Shown piece after piece: positions 42,671-55,890 of a stretch of 64,000 nt of DNA. The stretch is from positions 46,108 through 110,107 of the forward strand of contig JAUCBJ010008953.1 of NCBI GenBank assembly GCA_032718475.1, written 5' to 3'. The translations under genes were made by a program, and so were the position numbers. The notes under the pieces were generated by a model, which was given only the letters and a program-made list of their open reading frames with translations, was not told the origin of the DNA and did not search any database. This DNA comes from Nemertoderma westbladi (Eukaryota > Animalia > Xenacoelomorpha). Numbering within the stretch: position 1 is the first letter of the stretch; every line of letters begins with the position of its first letter.

Positions 42671-45275
42671 CTGGGGGTAAAAAAAAGTGGAACTTGGAGG
42701 TAAAATAAAGCAACCTTGAAAAAAATATAAATGGAAATAAAATAATAAATTAATTATCATAAAATACTCTTAATGAGTTGCAATAATTAATCGTATTAAA
42801 CCTTTAATAAACCATCCGAAACAAACCAACCAAAAAACTCACTGGATTCAGACAACCGCACCTTTTCAAATCTACGCCTTGTTTATGATCATAAATTTAG
42901 TATTAAATTAAATATTTTAGTGTAGGTTTAAAAGTAAAATTCTCAACAACAACTTCATAACATTCAAATGTTTGCTTAGCCCAACCTATATATATATATC
43001 TCTTGACTGGAGTTGTTGTTACTGTTCGAGAATACATTATAAACGCCTGTTGCTTCCAATATATCACGTTTAGAACACGGATTCCGGAAAGTTCAACCAT
43101 CAATTACTCTCAATCAAGTTAATGTGGGCGAGTCAGAACTGCGAGCCAACAACGAACTGTTATAATTACATACTATGGTCTACGACGTATTACATATTTT
43201 TTATGCTGTCAGGTGTTATTTTCAATTAACCCCCAATGTGAAGAATACCAGGTATTCACTATAATCCCAGGAGCAGACACCAACTGGATTTCAATCTTCC
43301 TAGTTCAGCCACCGGAAATAGAGTAATTTAAACGAATTATTAATATAAAATAAAAATGGTTTGAGTTAAGACGGATATATTCACAGTGGGTATTGAATTC
43401 TACCGGATTCATTTATTTATTAAAACAATGCAAATGAACGCACACCGTAATCACCCGTAATCGCTCACATTGTGAACAGGATATTGGGGAATTATATATG
43501 GCGTTGTATTGGATTAAATACTAAAGTGGAAAGTTCCACAGGGATGGACTAACTGCACCACCAAACTCACTATGTAATAAACCAACAATGTATTATTCCT
43601 ATTTACTTTGCTACTCTATGCCAGCAATCACAGTCGTTAAGAAGTCCAGGGAGAAAACTCCCTCACCCAGGGACTACAGAGCCGTGTAGGGAATACCCCG
43701 CCGTGGAAGCACACAGCCTACAATTACATAGCAATATATGGCATCGGATAGCCAAGCTTAATAGGCAATACCGTAAACCATCATCGATCAGTTAGTAAAA
43801 TATTGCCAGTTGCAAGAATAATAGTAAGTAATGGAAAGAGGGTAACACCAGTGTGTGGAGACGGGAAATGGAATGGACTGGTTCAACTTTAATATCGCAG
43901 TAGCAATCAACATACTAGTGCATTATACTCAGTACAAAGGGAGTAATAAAGAGGCTGGCAGGAAATATGATCCAAAGGAGAGGGAAACACTGCTGAGGTA
44001 AGTAAGTGAAGCCGCTAAAACAAGGCTGCCATTTAAACTGACAAACAATAATGGAAAAAAAAACATCCGTAGTACCAAACTCTACACTAAATGATATTCT
44101 AATAAATTGTTTTATATTACAGTTAATATTTAGTTCCTGTAACACGAACAATCCATATTAGTTCGATACAAGTTGATTTGTTAGAATGTTCGGTGGTTTT
44201 GGTTCGATTTTGTTTATTCTGATGTCTACGCGATATCATGCCACGATTAACTGCAACCTGCCACGTGACAAGTTGAAATCATAACATAATGATACCCCCC
44301 CCCCCCCCCCCCCCCCCCGCCGAATAAAAATTCAATCGTATTTAATCTATGACTAGAATCATACATTTTTTTTGTGATCAAAAGGAACGAAAGAAGTGGA
44401 AAAACCAACCAATTATTGCGAAGGAATATCATTGCCACTAGAGTATTCCAATCTATAATGATATCATATGCGGGGGGCAATAAATAAACCAAGAGTAATG
44501 CGCCAGGGATAAGAGCCGAAGGCTAAGAAAATAAGTATTATAATGTAGGTGCCCGTTGGGGCATGAAATGTAAACTGATTAAGCCTACACACAGGATATG
44601 ATGGATGGAACGGAAGGCCTGCTATACTCCAACAAGGAAGCTGGAGAACTATTTATGGAATTTGTCACCGCGCCCACTGAATCTGGGCAGCAGAGCTGAA
44701 AGCAATGAGCACAGAGCACACTACTCATTTGCATAAAATAATAACAAAAATATTGTTGAGGTAAAGGGGTAGTTAGTCAGTTAGGGTTAGAGATACCGGT
44801 ACAGGAAATTAGGTAAAGTTTAAGTATAGACAAGAACTACAACATTCCACGGCTGGGACAATATCGCATACGCAATATTATAAAGAACCTGCCTAGGATA
44901 TAGATGGAGCGGAGACGTTGTGCGTATTTGTCAAAAGTTTTCGTATATATACAATACATCTGCTATAAATCAGCATTTATTCGCACAGATTTGATACTCT
45001 GCACAGTGACTACGCTAGGTAGATTCGGTACAATTTAAATCTGCCTTACAGCGCTTCTAATATAACACGCGGTGATAGATTGAGACGGGAAATAAATGTA
45101 ATTCAAATCATCAATTTACGTCCCCCCCCAAACACCAGCCCGCAGAGACAATGTTGGGAGCATGTGGCATGAATAATCATATCTATAATCCAACCCCTCT
45201 AGAGGAGGAAACATTTAAGTCTAATATTATACAAAGTCAACCGCAGACACTCGGCTTAATGTTTCGATTAATATA

Positions 45276-45303
45276 GAGGCGTTCATAAAGTATGTCACGC
45301 ACT

Positions 45304-45336
<33 letters not shown>

Positions 45337-45804
45337 CGAGCTTGCGTGATATTTTGTGACAGGGGGGCGGGGGGGGGGGGGGGGGGGGGGTTGACTTTTG
45401 TGACGGTCATGGCGATGTTCTACGGTATGCTTTAATGTTAGCTTGACTTTAACTAACACATTTGTATGTTAGTGGGGAACTTTAAGGAAAAAAACAATAA
45501 ACTCAATAACATTGAATTTAAACCCTAACATTAACAGGGCACCCCTGTCTAATCTGCCTTGTACATGTAAAGTATTGTAGTTTGAAGCTGCTATAGACTT
45601 TTAGTAAGAACTACGTCAGTCGAAATGTTTCACTTTCTATTGTGCTTTCTAACTGTTATTAAATTATTGAAATAAAATACTTTGCGTCTAAGGGGGGGGG
45701 GGGGTATAAAATTACGAAAAAAAATTGTTTTTGTGACAGATGAGGGGGGGGGGGGGGGATAAAAAAAAATGGAAAATTTGCGTGACATACTTTATGAACG
45801 CCCT
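45276..45804. mobile_element. Harbinger-like MITE
   Basis: TIRs GGCGTTCATAAAGTATGTCACGC and its reverse complement, with internal poly-G runs. Target duplication imperfect. Confidence 0.75.
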
Positions 45805-45939
45805 TACGCAACTTGACTGAACATCTTCCATAAACAATCAAGACCTGAACAGTCAAATTCAATTCAAGAACAAGGGTACGCAATGAAAGTGTCAATGACC
45901 AATAATTGTGAGCCTAGGTAACTTGACCGGTTATTTGGA

Positions 45940-46158
45940 GACAGGGGGGGGGGGGGGGGGGGGGGGGGACTGGACTCAAATCCCATTAATATCCCGCCTC
46001 GATGTTAAATGATCATTCTAGGGAAAGGAGCAGGTTACAGTGGCACGTTAATTTAACCAAAACGGTAAACTAAACACAATAGAACAGGTTACACTTTTAT
46101 TTTTGAGAGTAATTGGCTGTTATTTGCGTCGAATTTCACCAGGAGAGGGATGAATTTG
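45940..46158. mobile_element. Truncated copy of the poly-G MITE family
   Basis: Colinear with 8999-9215. Confidence 0.7.
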
Positions 46159-47171
46159 TAACAATCTATAACATAGGAGTGATTTGGATGTAACACAATA
46201 TATTGGGGGAACCGAGGCATACCGCAAATCACCCTAAACATCACAGCTGAGTTTATTTAATAACGTTGTATGGCAACCTACTAGTAAATGCGTTACTCCT
46301 GGGACAATGTATAGATACATCATTAGAATAATAATTCAAACGTCTGCCAAACCAATCCGCATTGTTTTAGCCAGGATTAAGACAATCCAAGTATAAAGGT
46401 TTGGTTTAAACCGACGCATTCATTGCGACCGTTGCCATATAACCACCAGGTATACCCCATCCCCATTGACAAATACATTATGCCAACAGCACGACTTTAA
46501 TGGGCAATGAGGCTGACAATTTAAAAATATTCCATTTGTATAATATATAATAATTTTATCTCATAAGAAATTAATTGCAAATTATATAAGGATGATATCC
46601 GAATGTGAAATTAAAACCATGAAATACTACCGTTATCCTGTCCCGACAGTACCAGTTATCTCTCACCCCTTTCATTAATCAGCACAGATATATTAAAGAG
46701 AATGGCCCCAAGGTAATGGAATTAAGCCTAAGTTTGGACTAACGGGACTAAGTAAAGGTTTCCGAGCATATCATTCTAACAAATAGAGTGGAAGGCAGAG
46801 AAGATAAAAATAATTGCTGCACAAGATTTTGAGAAGCTAATTAAGTAGCCGATGGTAGTGTAGTGGTGGATTCAAGTCCCCCAAAATTCAAGTATATAGT
46901 CACCAGGAAGTAGAAAGTACGTCAATAGGCTACTTTTAAATGAACGAATGGTATCTTTTAGACTCATTAAACCAGAGAATATATGTTGCACATTAAACAA
47001 TTGCCCTCCATTATCTTGGTGGAACGGAGTCTGGATGCAGCAATTATGGCGGCCACTGAAAGCGCTTTTTAGACATACCGGTATATACATATTTATTACT
47101 GAGGTGATTTAATAGTACACAATTTTGATTTCGAATAATTGAACAGCCGGGTTCGGTTCGATTTCACTAAC

Positions 47172-47330
47172 CTCTATGATCCCGAGAAACCTTGTCTCTG
47201 TGTACGTTAATAGCATGGACCGGCCCAAACTCCGCCTCAAACATAGACTTCAGGTCATGCTCGTGCATGTCTTTAGGGATTTGACCAACAAACATCTTAA
47301 TGGCATCGGGGTCCGGCTGCCCAGTCTCTT
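47172..47330 (-). CDS. CELF1/2: CELF1/2 exon, first half of RRM1 (ETGQPDPDAIKMFVGQIPKDMHEHDLKSMFEAEFGPVHAINVHRDKVSRDHRG)
   Basis: Translated by hand; contains the CELF hallmark PDxDAIKMFVGQ. Acceptor tttttgacag, donor AG|gttagt, 159 nt, phase 1-1. Confidence 0.93.
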
Positions 47331-47666
47331 CTGTCAAAAAATAACTTTTAGGTTAGAGTTAAATTAGAGTGAAGTTTAGGGGATATGTTGCGTCGTTTTA
47401 CGTGACGGAGTACTATAACACCAACCAAGTCTACTTCAACCGAATATATAGAGATGCAGATAGCGTAAATGTACGATAAGCCTACGGCCATATTATATGT
47501 TGTATAATACCTAGTAAGTCATGAAATTCTAAAGTAGAATGGCCTCCCAGAGCCATAGTACCGGGAATAAATTTGAAAATCGAATAAAAAACTCGTCATA
47601 ATTAGTAGATACGGTATAATGGTATATATAATACATATCTTAAATAATATAACATCTTAAACTTAC

Positions 47667-47706
47667 CGACAATGGCCCCAGGCCCAGGTGATTGCAAAGA
47701 ATTCAT
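47667..47706 (-). CDS. CELF1/2: CELF1/2-family protein, probable first coding exon (MNSLQSPGPGAIV)
   Basis: ATG at 47706-47704 with an in-frame TAA just upstream. Ends GTCG|gtaagt (phase 1) and joins in frame to the next exon, giving ...AIVEETGQPDPDAIKMFVGQ, similar to the CELF1 N-terminus. Confidence 0.7.
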
Positions 47707-50700
47707 AACAAAGACTATTTACAACGATGAACAAGGTTGACAATGAGGTTACTGAGGATATGATTTGGGGGACAACGACAGGCATGTACCGGTACCGGTA
47801 CACGTTTGGTACAACTGCAAGGCCACTAAACCAAGCGTTTCTACGGGAACGAAGACACACAACGACAAAACCATAAGTAGACTAGAACAAACAAACCTGT
47901 AACCAAAATTACAAGTAAATAAATAAAGCTCAGTCAGTAGGCTAAGTACCGGTACCGCATAAAAGTAGGCTAGACTACAATACTGAAATGTAGCTAGTAG
48001 GTGCCAGTAGATGGTACCGGTAGAACCGGGACCCCATTCCAGCATTAAGCCACTTACCATACAGCCCTGCAGCCTTATGGCTGTATGGGAAGTGAAGCAA
48101 CACCGCTGAATATGTATGATAGATAATATAAATAAATAATAAATTATATCTCCTACAACTATCATTTAGATTATAGCAGTATAGCCAGATAGCGGTCATT
48201 GAAATATGAATTGATAATATTACAAGAACATTAGTCATACATGATATGATAGGTTAACGATTGGCACAAGAAAGCCTTATAGTCCATAGTCAGTCAGTCC
48301 ATAGAGCTTTTGTCCAGGATTGAAATAGGCTAAACAAATTAAAGGGCAGAAGGGTGTTGTAACTTGTAAGTTGTTGTCTTTAACGTTTGGTTACTGGCCA
48401 TTGCTAGAATAGGCCCTATTGCATTAGCTTGTCATGTCAACCGCACCGCACGGCGCACGCACACCATAAAAATCGTGGGCTAAGTTAACTCTTGATCATT
48501 CTGTCATTCAGCAATACCGTAGCCGCAGCATATAGACGGAGCCACAGTTATTTCGTTATTGTATATATACTACCAGGAATGGCAGAATGGATAGTAGAAT
48601 ATTATATATATTACATTTTATTATTTATTTATCTTCTCAGCATTATATTAACATCTACCTATACAGCTATACAGCAATATAAAGTGTATAATACAGTAAT
48701 ATACCGTAAATGACAGCCGTAAGTATGTCAGTAGTAAGCATGGCAGCTTAGATTACAATTGACATAGACCTAAGAGATAAGCTAATAATCCTTTTTAGCG
48801 TCTGAAGATTAGGCCCCTACTGCCCTATGCAAAATATGTTGGTAAATTATCATATCGGGGTTACACAAACACAGTACCCGTAACAGGTAATGCCTAATTA
48901 GTTAAACTAAATACATACAGACATAGCTATGGCATTGCAGCATTGCCATACAGTTGGACCAGACAGACTGACAGACATGTTAAGTTAGTGATAGTTCCAA
49001 ATCCAGCACAGCAGTGTCTGTACGTACACCTCAGACCACACCAGTACAGCAGTAAGCCTAGGCTTACAAACCTACATGTACCATAGGCCTATACAGCGAA
49101 GGCATAGCAGCATAGGCCCACCCACACTGCCACAAGCTGACAAGTAAACCAAGTCAGCCAGTTCTCTCTCTCCAAATGAATGGATAATAAATAACTACCG
49201 GTAATAACTGAATAATGGGGCTGTAATGCAGTAGGCTAATGACTTAATGCAGGAATGGGTAACTCCTACACTCTGACACTCAACACTCTGACACTCCTAC
49301 CTGCCTACGCCTGCACGCTATGCTACAGCCTGACTGCCTGACAGCTAGCCCTAATCCCTAACTGCCTAATACCAGAATACTGTAATGCAGTAATATAAAC
49401 TGAACAGTCAGTCAGTCTGTCAGTACAGCACTGCAGTACCTACAGCACATCAGTAAACCGTCTGACCATACCGGTAATAAATATTGAAATAACAGTAACA
49501 GAGACTGAGAGACCGGTAGGCTGGTAGGTACCTGTCAGCCTGTAACGGTACACTGTACGGCAGTACGGTAGCATACTACAGTCTGACAGTACTATAGCAC
49601 TGTAGGGTAGGTGTACCGTTAGAGCTAGGGCTGTAGGGTACCGGTAGCCAGGTAGCGGTAGGGCTACAACGGTACGGGTTACGGCAGTACTGCAATAGCT
49701 GAATAGCAATACTGCAATACAGCAATAGCCAATAGCTACCGGTAACAGCATAGACTTACCTGGTTCAGGCTATATACTGTAACTGTATAACAGACTGAAA
49801 CAAACGGTGTAAGTGCTACACTGATACAACCATACATCAAGACTACACCATACACATACCGGTACTGTAACAACAACAGGTAGCCCTATAGGAATCTCTC
49901 ATCTAGCTATAAACAATATCAGCTGTGCAGGTACCTAAAAGTTTCATTATCCAGTTATCATCAATAAAGTATCGCCAATATCGTATACTGTAACAGTCAT
50001 GATGATAACAGTATTATTACCCAGATGCTGCTAGGGAGTTATTTTCCCTGATAGCCCCCATGAAGCAGGAAACAACCCAACAAAAACAAAAGTTTGAGAC
50101 ATGAAGTTCAAGATTGCGCAGATTATACTGTAGTTTATACAATCAGAAAATAGTTACTGTCAACTGTCACATTGTAGTTTAAAGGCCTCTCCGTCGTTAG
50201 GTGCTGAAAATCTAAGGGGAAGAGCATGATACGGTAGGCCTCCAGTGACATATGAACTGTAATTCTAACCAAAACAATAAACGATACTCGGTTACCCTAT
50301 ACAGTTTATTTTCGTAAATAAAAATACAATTTCTTTAAAATTAAAATTACAATATAAATTCAAGGACCTAACGACGCAGCACCTAGTGATGGGTTGTCAT
50401 TTAAAGCTGTAGAGGGATCTGATATGGGATGGGATCTAACACGACTTTTAGTGTATGTTTGTGCAGTGCAGTTGTTGCCGTCAATCCGCAATCAACCTGC
50501 CTGTGGATGGCCGCTGATGTAGGCCAGGCAGGAGTTGCACCACCTAACTCCCCCAAACTAATCATCGGACTATTACAAGTCGGGCGAACTTGAAGCGTAA
50601 TGCAAAACATAAGAGTTACATAAGATACACAGTGTTGGTTGGACATCAATTTATTCCTCCAGTCTATGTTATGATTCACATTATAATTTGATTCTGAACT

Positions 50701-50942
50701 TATGGGCTTCCCCACCACAACACCAAATATTCACAAATGAGTTAATAAGCCTACTGTACAAACTACATTATAATTATTTACTTTATAAGACTGCTGACTT
50801 TACTTTATGAGATTTTGGCCTACTCTAGCTAATTTTCATACTGGTCACTGTCAAAATTTCAGTCGTGTCAGGCGAGGACCCACCGGAACCAGAGGTTTCC
50901 GAGTCCTTTCCAAGCTCGTAATCTCATCTGGCCGCAGAAGAC

Positions 50943-51462
50943 CACTCAGTCGTCTATAGACCCTCGTCCGTCCGTCCGTCCGTCCGCCCGCACTCAGTCG
51001 TCTGTAGACCCTCGTCCGTCCGCCCGCCCCCACTCAGTCATCTGTAGACCTTCGTCCGTCCGTCCGCCCCCACTCAGTCATCTGTAGACCCTCGTCCATC
51101 CGTCCGCTCCCACTCAGTCGTCTGTAGACCTTCGTCCGTCTGCCCGCCTCCACTCAGTCGTATGTAGACCCTCATCCGTCCGTCCGTCCGCCCCCACTCA
51201 GTCGTCTGTAGACCCTCGTCCTTCCGTCCGCCCCCACTCAGTCATCTGTAGACCCTCGTCCATCCCCCCCCCCCCCCCTTAGTCGTCTGTAGACCCTCAT
51301 CCGTCCGTCCGTCCGCCCCCACTCAGTCGTCTGTAGACCCTCGTCCTTCCGTCCGCCCCCACTCAGTCATCTGTAGACCCTCGTCCATCCCCCCCCCCCC
51401 CCTTAGTCGTCTGTAGACCCTCGTACGTCCGTCCGCCCCCACTCAGTCGTCTGTAGACCCTT
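50943..51462. repeat. About 40-bp minisatellite (about 13 copies) with a variable (GTCC)n core
   Basis: Unit cactcagtcgtctgtagaccctcgtccgtccgtccgccc. Confidence 0.92.
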
Positions 51463-53009
51463 TGCGTGTCCGTCCACCCTAACCAATCTCTTTCATGATC
51501 GGTCATCAGGAATGCAAGACAGCTTGGCTCAGAGTCTATCGGTTCCTCCGCGGTTCACTGCTTCCAATTGTCCGTGTCTGTGTTTGTTGAGGCCTGGCTG
51601 TCTGGAGGTTTTTGGTGGGGGGGACCTGGGACTTATTAGACAAAACGGCCACATCATTAATATTATACCCGCTCATATGATCTACTGTAAGTGTTTGTGA
51701 ACTGTTAGTCTTTGGAACATTGTCTATTCTTATGGTTGTTGGTGTGTGACGGGAACAGAGATCCCGACCGGGTAATTGTACTACACGTCACCGTTCTGGT
51801 TCGGGATGGTGTTAACAGCTTGGCCGAGGCCGTTGGAGAAAAACAATAAGAGTTTGGTGTTGTCCCTTGATGTTATAAAATGATAGCACAATTAATATGG
51901 CAGAAATACAGATATAATAGATACCGGTACGATAGTGCCGATGACGGTGAATAATTGTTACCGGTCTGCACTAAACTGAATAACCAACTGATATACCAAT
52001 CCAAGAATCTGACATAATATATGATTGATACACTAAATATTGCTTCACCTCCTACTCTACCTTGGCCTCCTACCCAATGGATGCTTTCCTGCTCCCTATC
52101 ACGTGCTTCCCTCCCCTCTATTGGCTTATATACTACTTGTCACCTTGGCACTCTCTGGGAGTGTTTCCCCCCCCCCCCCCCCGCTGCTAGCCTCTACTAG
52201 CTGTGTTCCCTCCGAGGTGGTTTGACCTCTCACCTTCCTTTCTATGTGGCTTTGGGGCTTGTGTTGCCCTCCCCCAATGTTGGTTATGATACGAGATTAA
52301 TATTGGTAATCTCGTATCTCCAACATATTGCTAAAATGCCACTATCCCATTTTCTGGTGGGTAATGAAGTGGAATTGAATCCGCTTACACTCCCCCCCAT
52401 GCTATCTTCCCGGTGAGAAGGTAGCATCAACCTCAAGTGCGCGTCAATTCCGCTGGAAACCCAATCTAATTTCGGGTGTGGGGTGGAGTTCTTTTCTCGG
52501 GGTCGGCTTTCCAGGCCGCCCCCCTGGGTATGTTGTTGCTACCTCTTCTTGGTGCAATCGCAACCTATGTTGCACCAAGACATCTGACGTCTCTGTTCGA
52601 GACAATTGTGGACTTTTCACACAATTTTAAAAAACTTCCTCACTCTGAACTCACTCTAACCTCACTCTCGGACCCTTCTGTCCCTTACTGTCTCTCTCTC
52701 ACTGCTCGCTCCCCAAACTTGAATTGCACTCCTCTCACTTCCTCACGCGCCAACACCTCATCTCCATACTTCCCTCGTACTTCTGTCATACTCCTCTCGG
52801 AACTTACCCCAGTCCATCGGCTTGTGGCAGACAAGGCCCATGAGCAGGCCCATCCCCACTGCTCCACAATGTCCTGTGTTCTCTACCACTCCCAAAGTGC
52901 CAATTTCCTTAGTCTTACCCCTGTTTGTGCTATCATCCTATCTACCTTGCTACTTACTTCTTACCCTGTACCCTACTACTACTATACTATGCCTACATAG
53001 TCTTTACTT

Positions 53010-53410
53010 TCTTACTACGTGGCGCTCTCGGTCCCCACAGCTTCTAACTTCTATGGTACTATGTACCCTAATACTGCTACTACCTACATAATGCTACTAC
53101 CTAATACCTACATACCACACCCTTCACTCTCTCACTACGTGGCGCTTTCGGTGCCCACAACCCCTCTGCTACTACTTCTATGGTATACCTACATACCATA
53201 CCCTCTACTCTCTTACTACGTGGCGCTCTCGGTGCCCACAACCACTCTTCTCTCTTTCTACGTGGTGCTTTCGGTGCCCACAACCCCTCTACTCTCTTTC
53301 TACGTGGCGCTTTCGGGCCCACAACCCCTCTGCTACTACTTCTCATGGTATGTCTACATACCACACTCCCTCTCTTTCTACGTGGCGCTTTTGGTGCCCA
53401 CAACCTCTAA
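53010..53410. repeat. Degenerate minisatellite inside the putative LTR
   Basis: Recurrent ctacgtggcgctttcggtgcccacaacc, about 6 copies. Confidence 0.75.
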
Positions 53411-53746
53411 CTCTCTCGGTACTATGTACCCTGCTACTACTCATGGTATGTCAATATACCACACTCCCTATCTTCTGCCTACTTCTAACTCTCCTCTTAC
53501 TCTTACTAACTTCTACTAACTTTCTTACTTCTTACTAACTTCCATTAACTTTCTTACTTCTTACTAACTTCTACTAACTTTCTAACTACTATTTACTATC
53601 TAACTATCTACTACTATTACTTTCTAACTTTCTACTATCTCACTTCTTATTTTATTATTTTATTATTTATATTTTATTTATGTGTGAGAAGGGCGTCTCG
53701 CCCTCATTCCCACCCCCCTCAGTCCAACATATTGGACGACTAAACT

Positions 53747-54960
53747 TCAAAGGCGATTCTTCCAGCAGGCACTCTCCCACTGCCCCCCTGTAGGTCCTCT
53801 TATCCTTCTCTCCACTCTCCTTGCCAATTCCAACTCTCTAGGAATTGATTCTTCCTCCTCCACCACCCTAAAATCGGGTCTTCCAGTCGCCTTCTTGATT
53901 TCCTCATGGTCCCCTGGCAGCAAAATGCTACCCTTCATCTTGTCATCACCTGGCGGTAGAATGAAAAGAAATCGAAAGAATAGATAGAACAGAATGGATA
54001 ATACTAATCCTATCCCTTTCCACCCTGTCTTCTTATTTGACCTCCCCCTTTTCGGTATGCCTCTCAACCGGACCGGCATCTCCCCCGGACACTTCTCCGG
54101 ACATCTCGCCGTACACTCTTCTCCATCCTCATACCGATACTTTTCAGGAACATCCTTGGTCCATCCCATCGTCTTTAAGTCTTCCGCGTCGAATCCATTC
54201 TCCTCCGCCCACCCTCTTGCTGTTACTTCCCCTCCTGAATCATCTACTGACGGTATTTCTCTGGAACTATCCTCTATCCTTTCACCACGCTCCACTATGC
54301 GTGGTTCCAGATCCATACCCAACTCCTGGTATCCTTCCCCGGGCCGCTTCTCACATGGGACCTCCCCATCGCCCGTCTCTGGTTTCTCCTCTACGTCCTC
54401 AATGGTGCCTGATACCATGCACCCTGATGTCTCTGACACCCTGAGTGGAACCTTGGTTTTAATTGGGCCGCTAAGCATCCATCCGAATGGCGTGAGAATC
54501 GCCATCGGATCCCGCTGCTTATTCTCTCCGAAAATGGTCCTTACTTTCTCGTGGGCCATCGGACAATCCATTCCGACTATGATGGATACCTTCGAGACGT
54601 CCACTTTCGGTATTGAGAAATCGATATCGTCCAGGAACCAGTATTGCTCGACCTCGATCTTAGTTGGTCGCCTGGCATTTATGTTGATCGATTCTATTAT
54701 CTGAATGGGGTCGATGGTCGCCCCATAGTCACATCCTGGTGCTATTGCTGATATCTCGCACTGTCCCATCCTCATCTCCAGGACCTCATCCTTACTCGAG
54801 ATAGTAGTTACTGCCATCCTACTCGGCCTCGTCTGTAACCCTATCTCCTCGGCCACTCAATTCTCCACCAGCGTGAAGGCTGCTCCACTGTCGACCAGCA
54901 TCAATGTTGTGACTGATTGGCCGCCCTCTCCTGTTATCCTCACTGGTACTACCCCACTGG
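53747..54960 (-). pseudogene. BEL/Pao aspartic protease region with unrelated-looking C-terminal tail
   Basis: VVPVRITG...MLVDSGAAFTLVEN*VAEEIGL; a frameshift from duplicated GTAGTACCAGTG and an in-frame TGA. Confidence 0.72.
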
Positions 54961-55890
54961 TACTACCTCACTGGTACTACTTTCCTCTTTCTCCTTGCTC
55001 CCGTCGTGCTCATAGCCAGTCTCATCGTCTCCTATCGATGTTTCTCTACACTCTCCGAACCTGTGTCCTTCTACCACGCATCGATGACATAGTCCGTTTG
55101 TATCTGCGTAGGCTACACGATCTTGTTTAGGCAACGCTTGCCAATGCTTACAACTCATGGGCTTATGGGTTCCAACCCTATGCAATTGACATTCGTATCC
55201 TGGATTGTAGCGCTCCCTGTATAGCCCTTCATGTATTGCGCATAGATTCATATCTACCGGTTTAGTGTTTTGGTTATTTGGACTCGGCCTACTGGGTGTG
55301 TTGGGATTATATTTGTTTGCGTTGTTATTTTGTTTCTGTCCCTGCCACGGTGTGGCCCTACTCCCAACTAACTGTGGACTAGCAGTCCCCTGCGTGGCAG
55401 CATGTGATAGTGACTGTTTCACTCTCGGGAATGCATCTGCTGGATTATGTTCGGGTTTAGGTCTGTTGTATTCAGCTTTTGGCCCCTTCCCCAAACTATC
55501 CTCACTGTAGACTGGGTCTGTGATCAACTCTGCTTCGTAATTGAGGAAGTTCGACATTTCCTCTAGGCCCGGTTCCGCACCTTTCTTCTCCCGGGTGGAG
55601 AAGGCAATCTTCCTCCATTTGTTTCTTAGCCAGATTGGCAGTGCCTGCGCTATCGTGGTGATGTTATTCGATGCGTTGAGTTCGTATGGCGCATCTAGCA
55701 TCTTCAGCACGATTAACGCCTTCTCGACCTTATTCGCGAAGGTCTTTATACTAACAGGGTTATCCTGTAGGCCACCCGATGTTATTCCCCTCAGGGTCTG
55801 CCGGATGATCTTGGCTGGGTGTCCGTATTCCCTGTCTAGGGCCCACCATGCAGTCGTGAAGCCACCCTGGATGCCCTGATACTGCCTCAC
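54949..55890 (-). pseudogene. BEL/Pao gag, 5'-truncated
   Basis: DUF1759-like region plus Cys/His knuckles; no true start codon context. Confidence 0.8.

Larger units (their letters stand above)
43500..46850 (+). mobile_element. Possible heavily degraded non-LTR retrotransposon remnants
   Basis: Short RT-like peptides on +: VKKSREKTPSPRDYRAV (about 43635-43687) and IIAAQDFEK (about 46810). No long ORF. Confidence 0.25.

Noticed and set aside
45304-45390. Long poly-G runs as functional G-quadruplexes
   Set aside because: They are internal parts of MITEs, and homopolymer lengths are unreliable in assemblies.
52547-52580. Hairpin TCTTGGTGCAA/TTGCACCAAGA as a primer-binding site or LTR end
   Set aside because: No second LTR is available to define the boundary and no tRNA match can be verified by eye.
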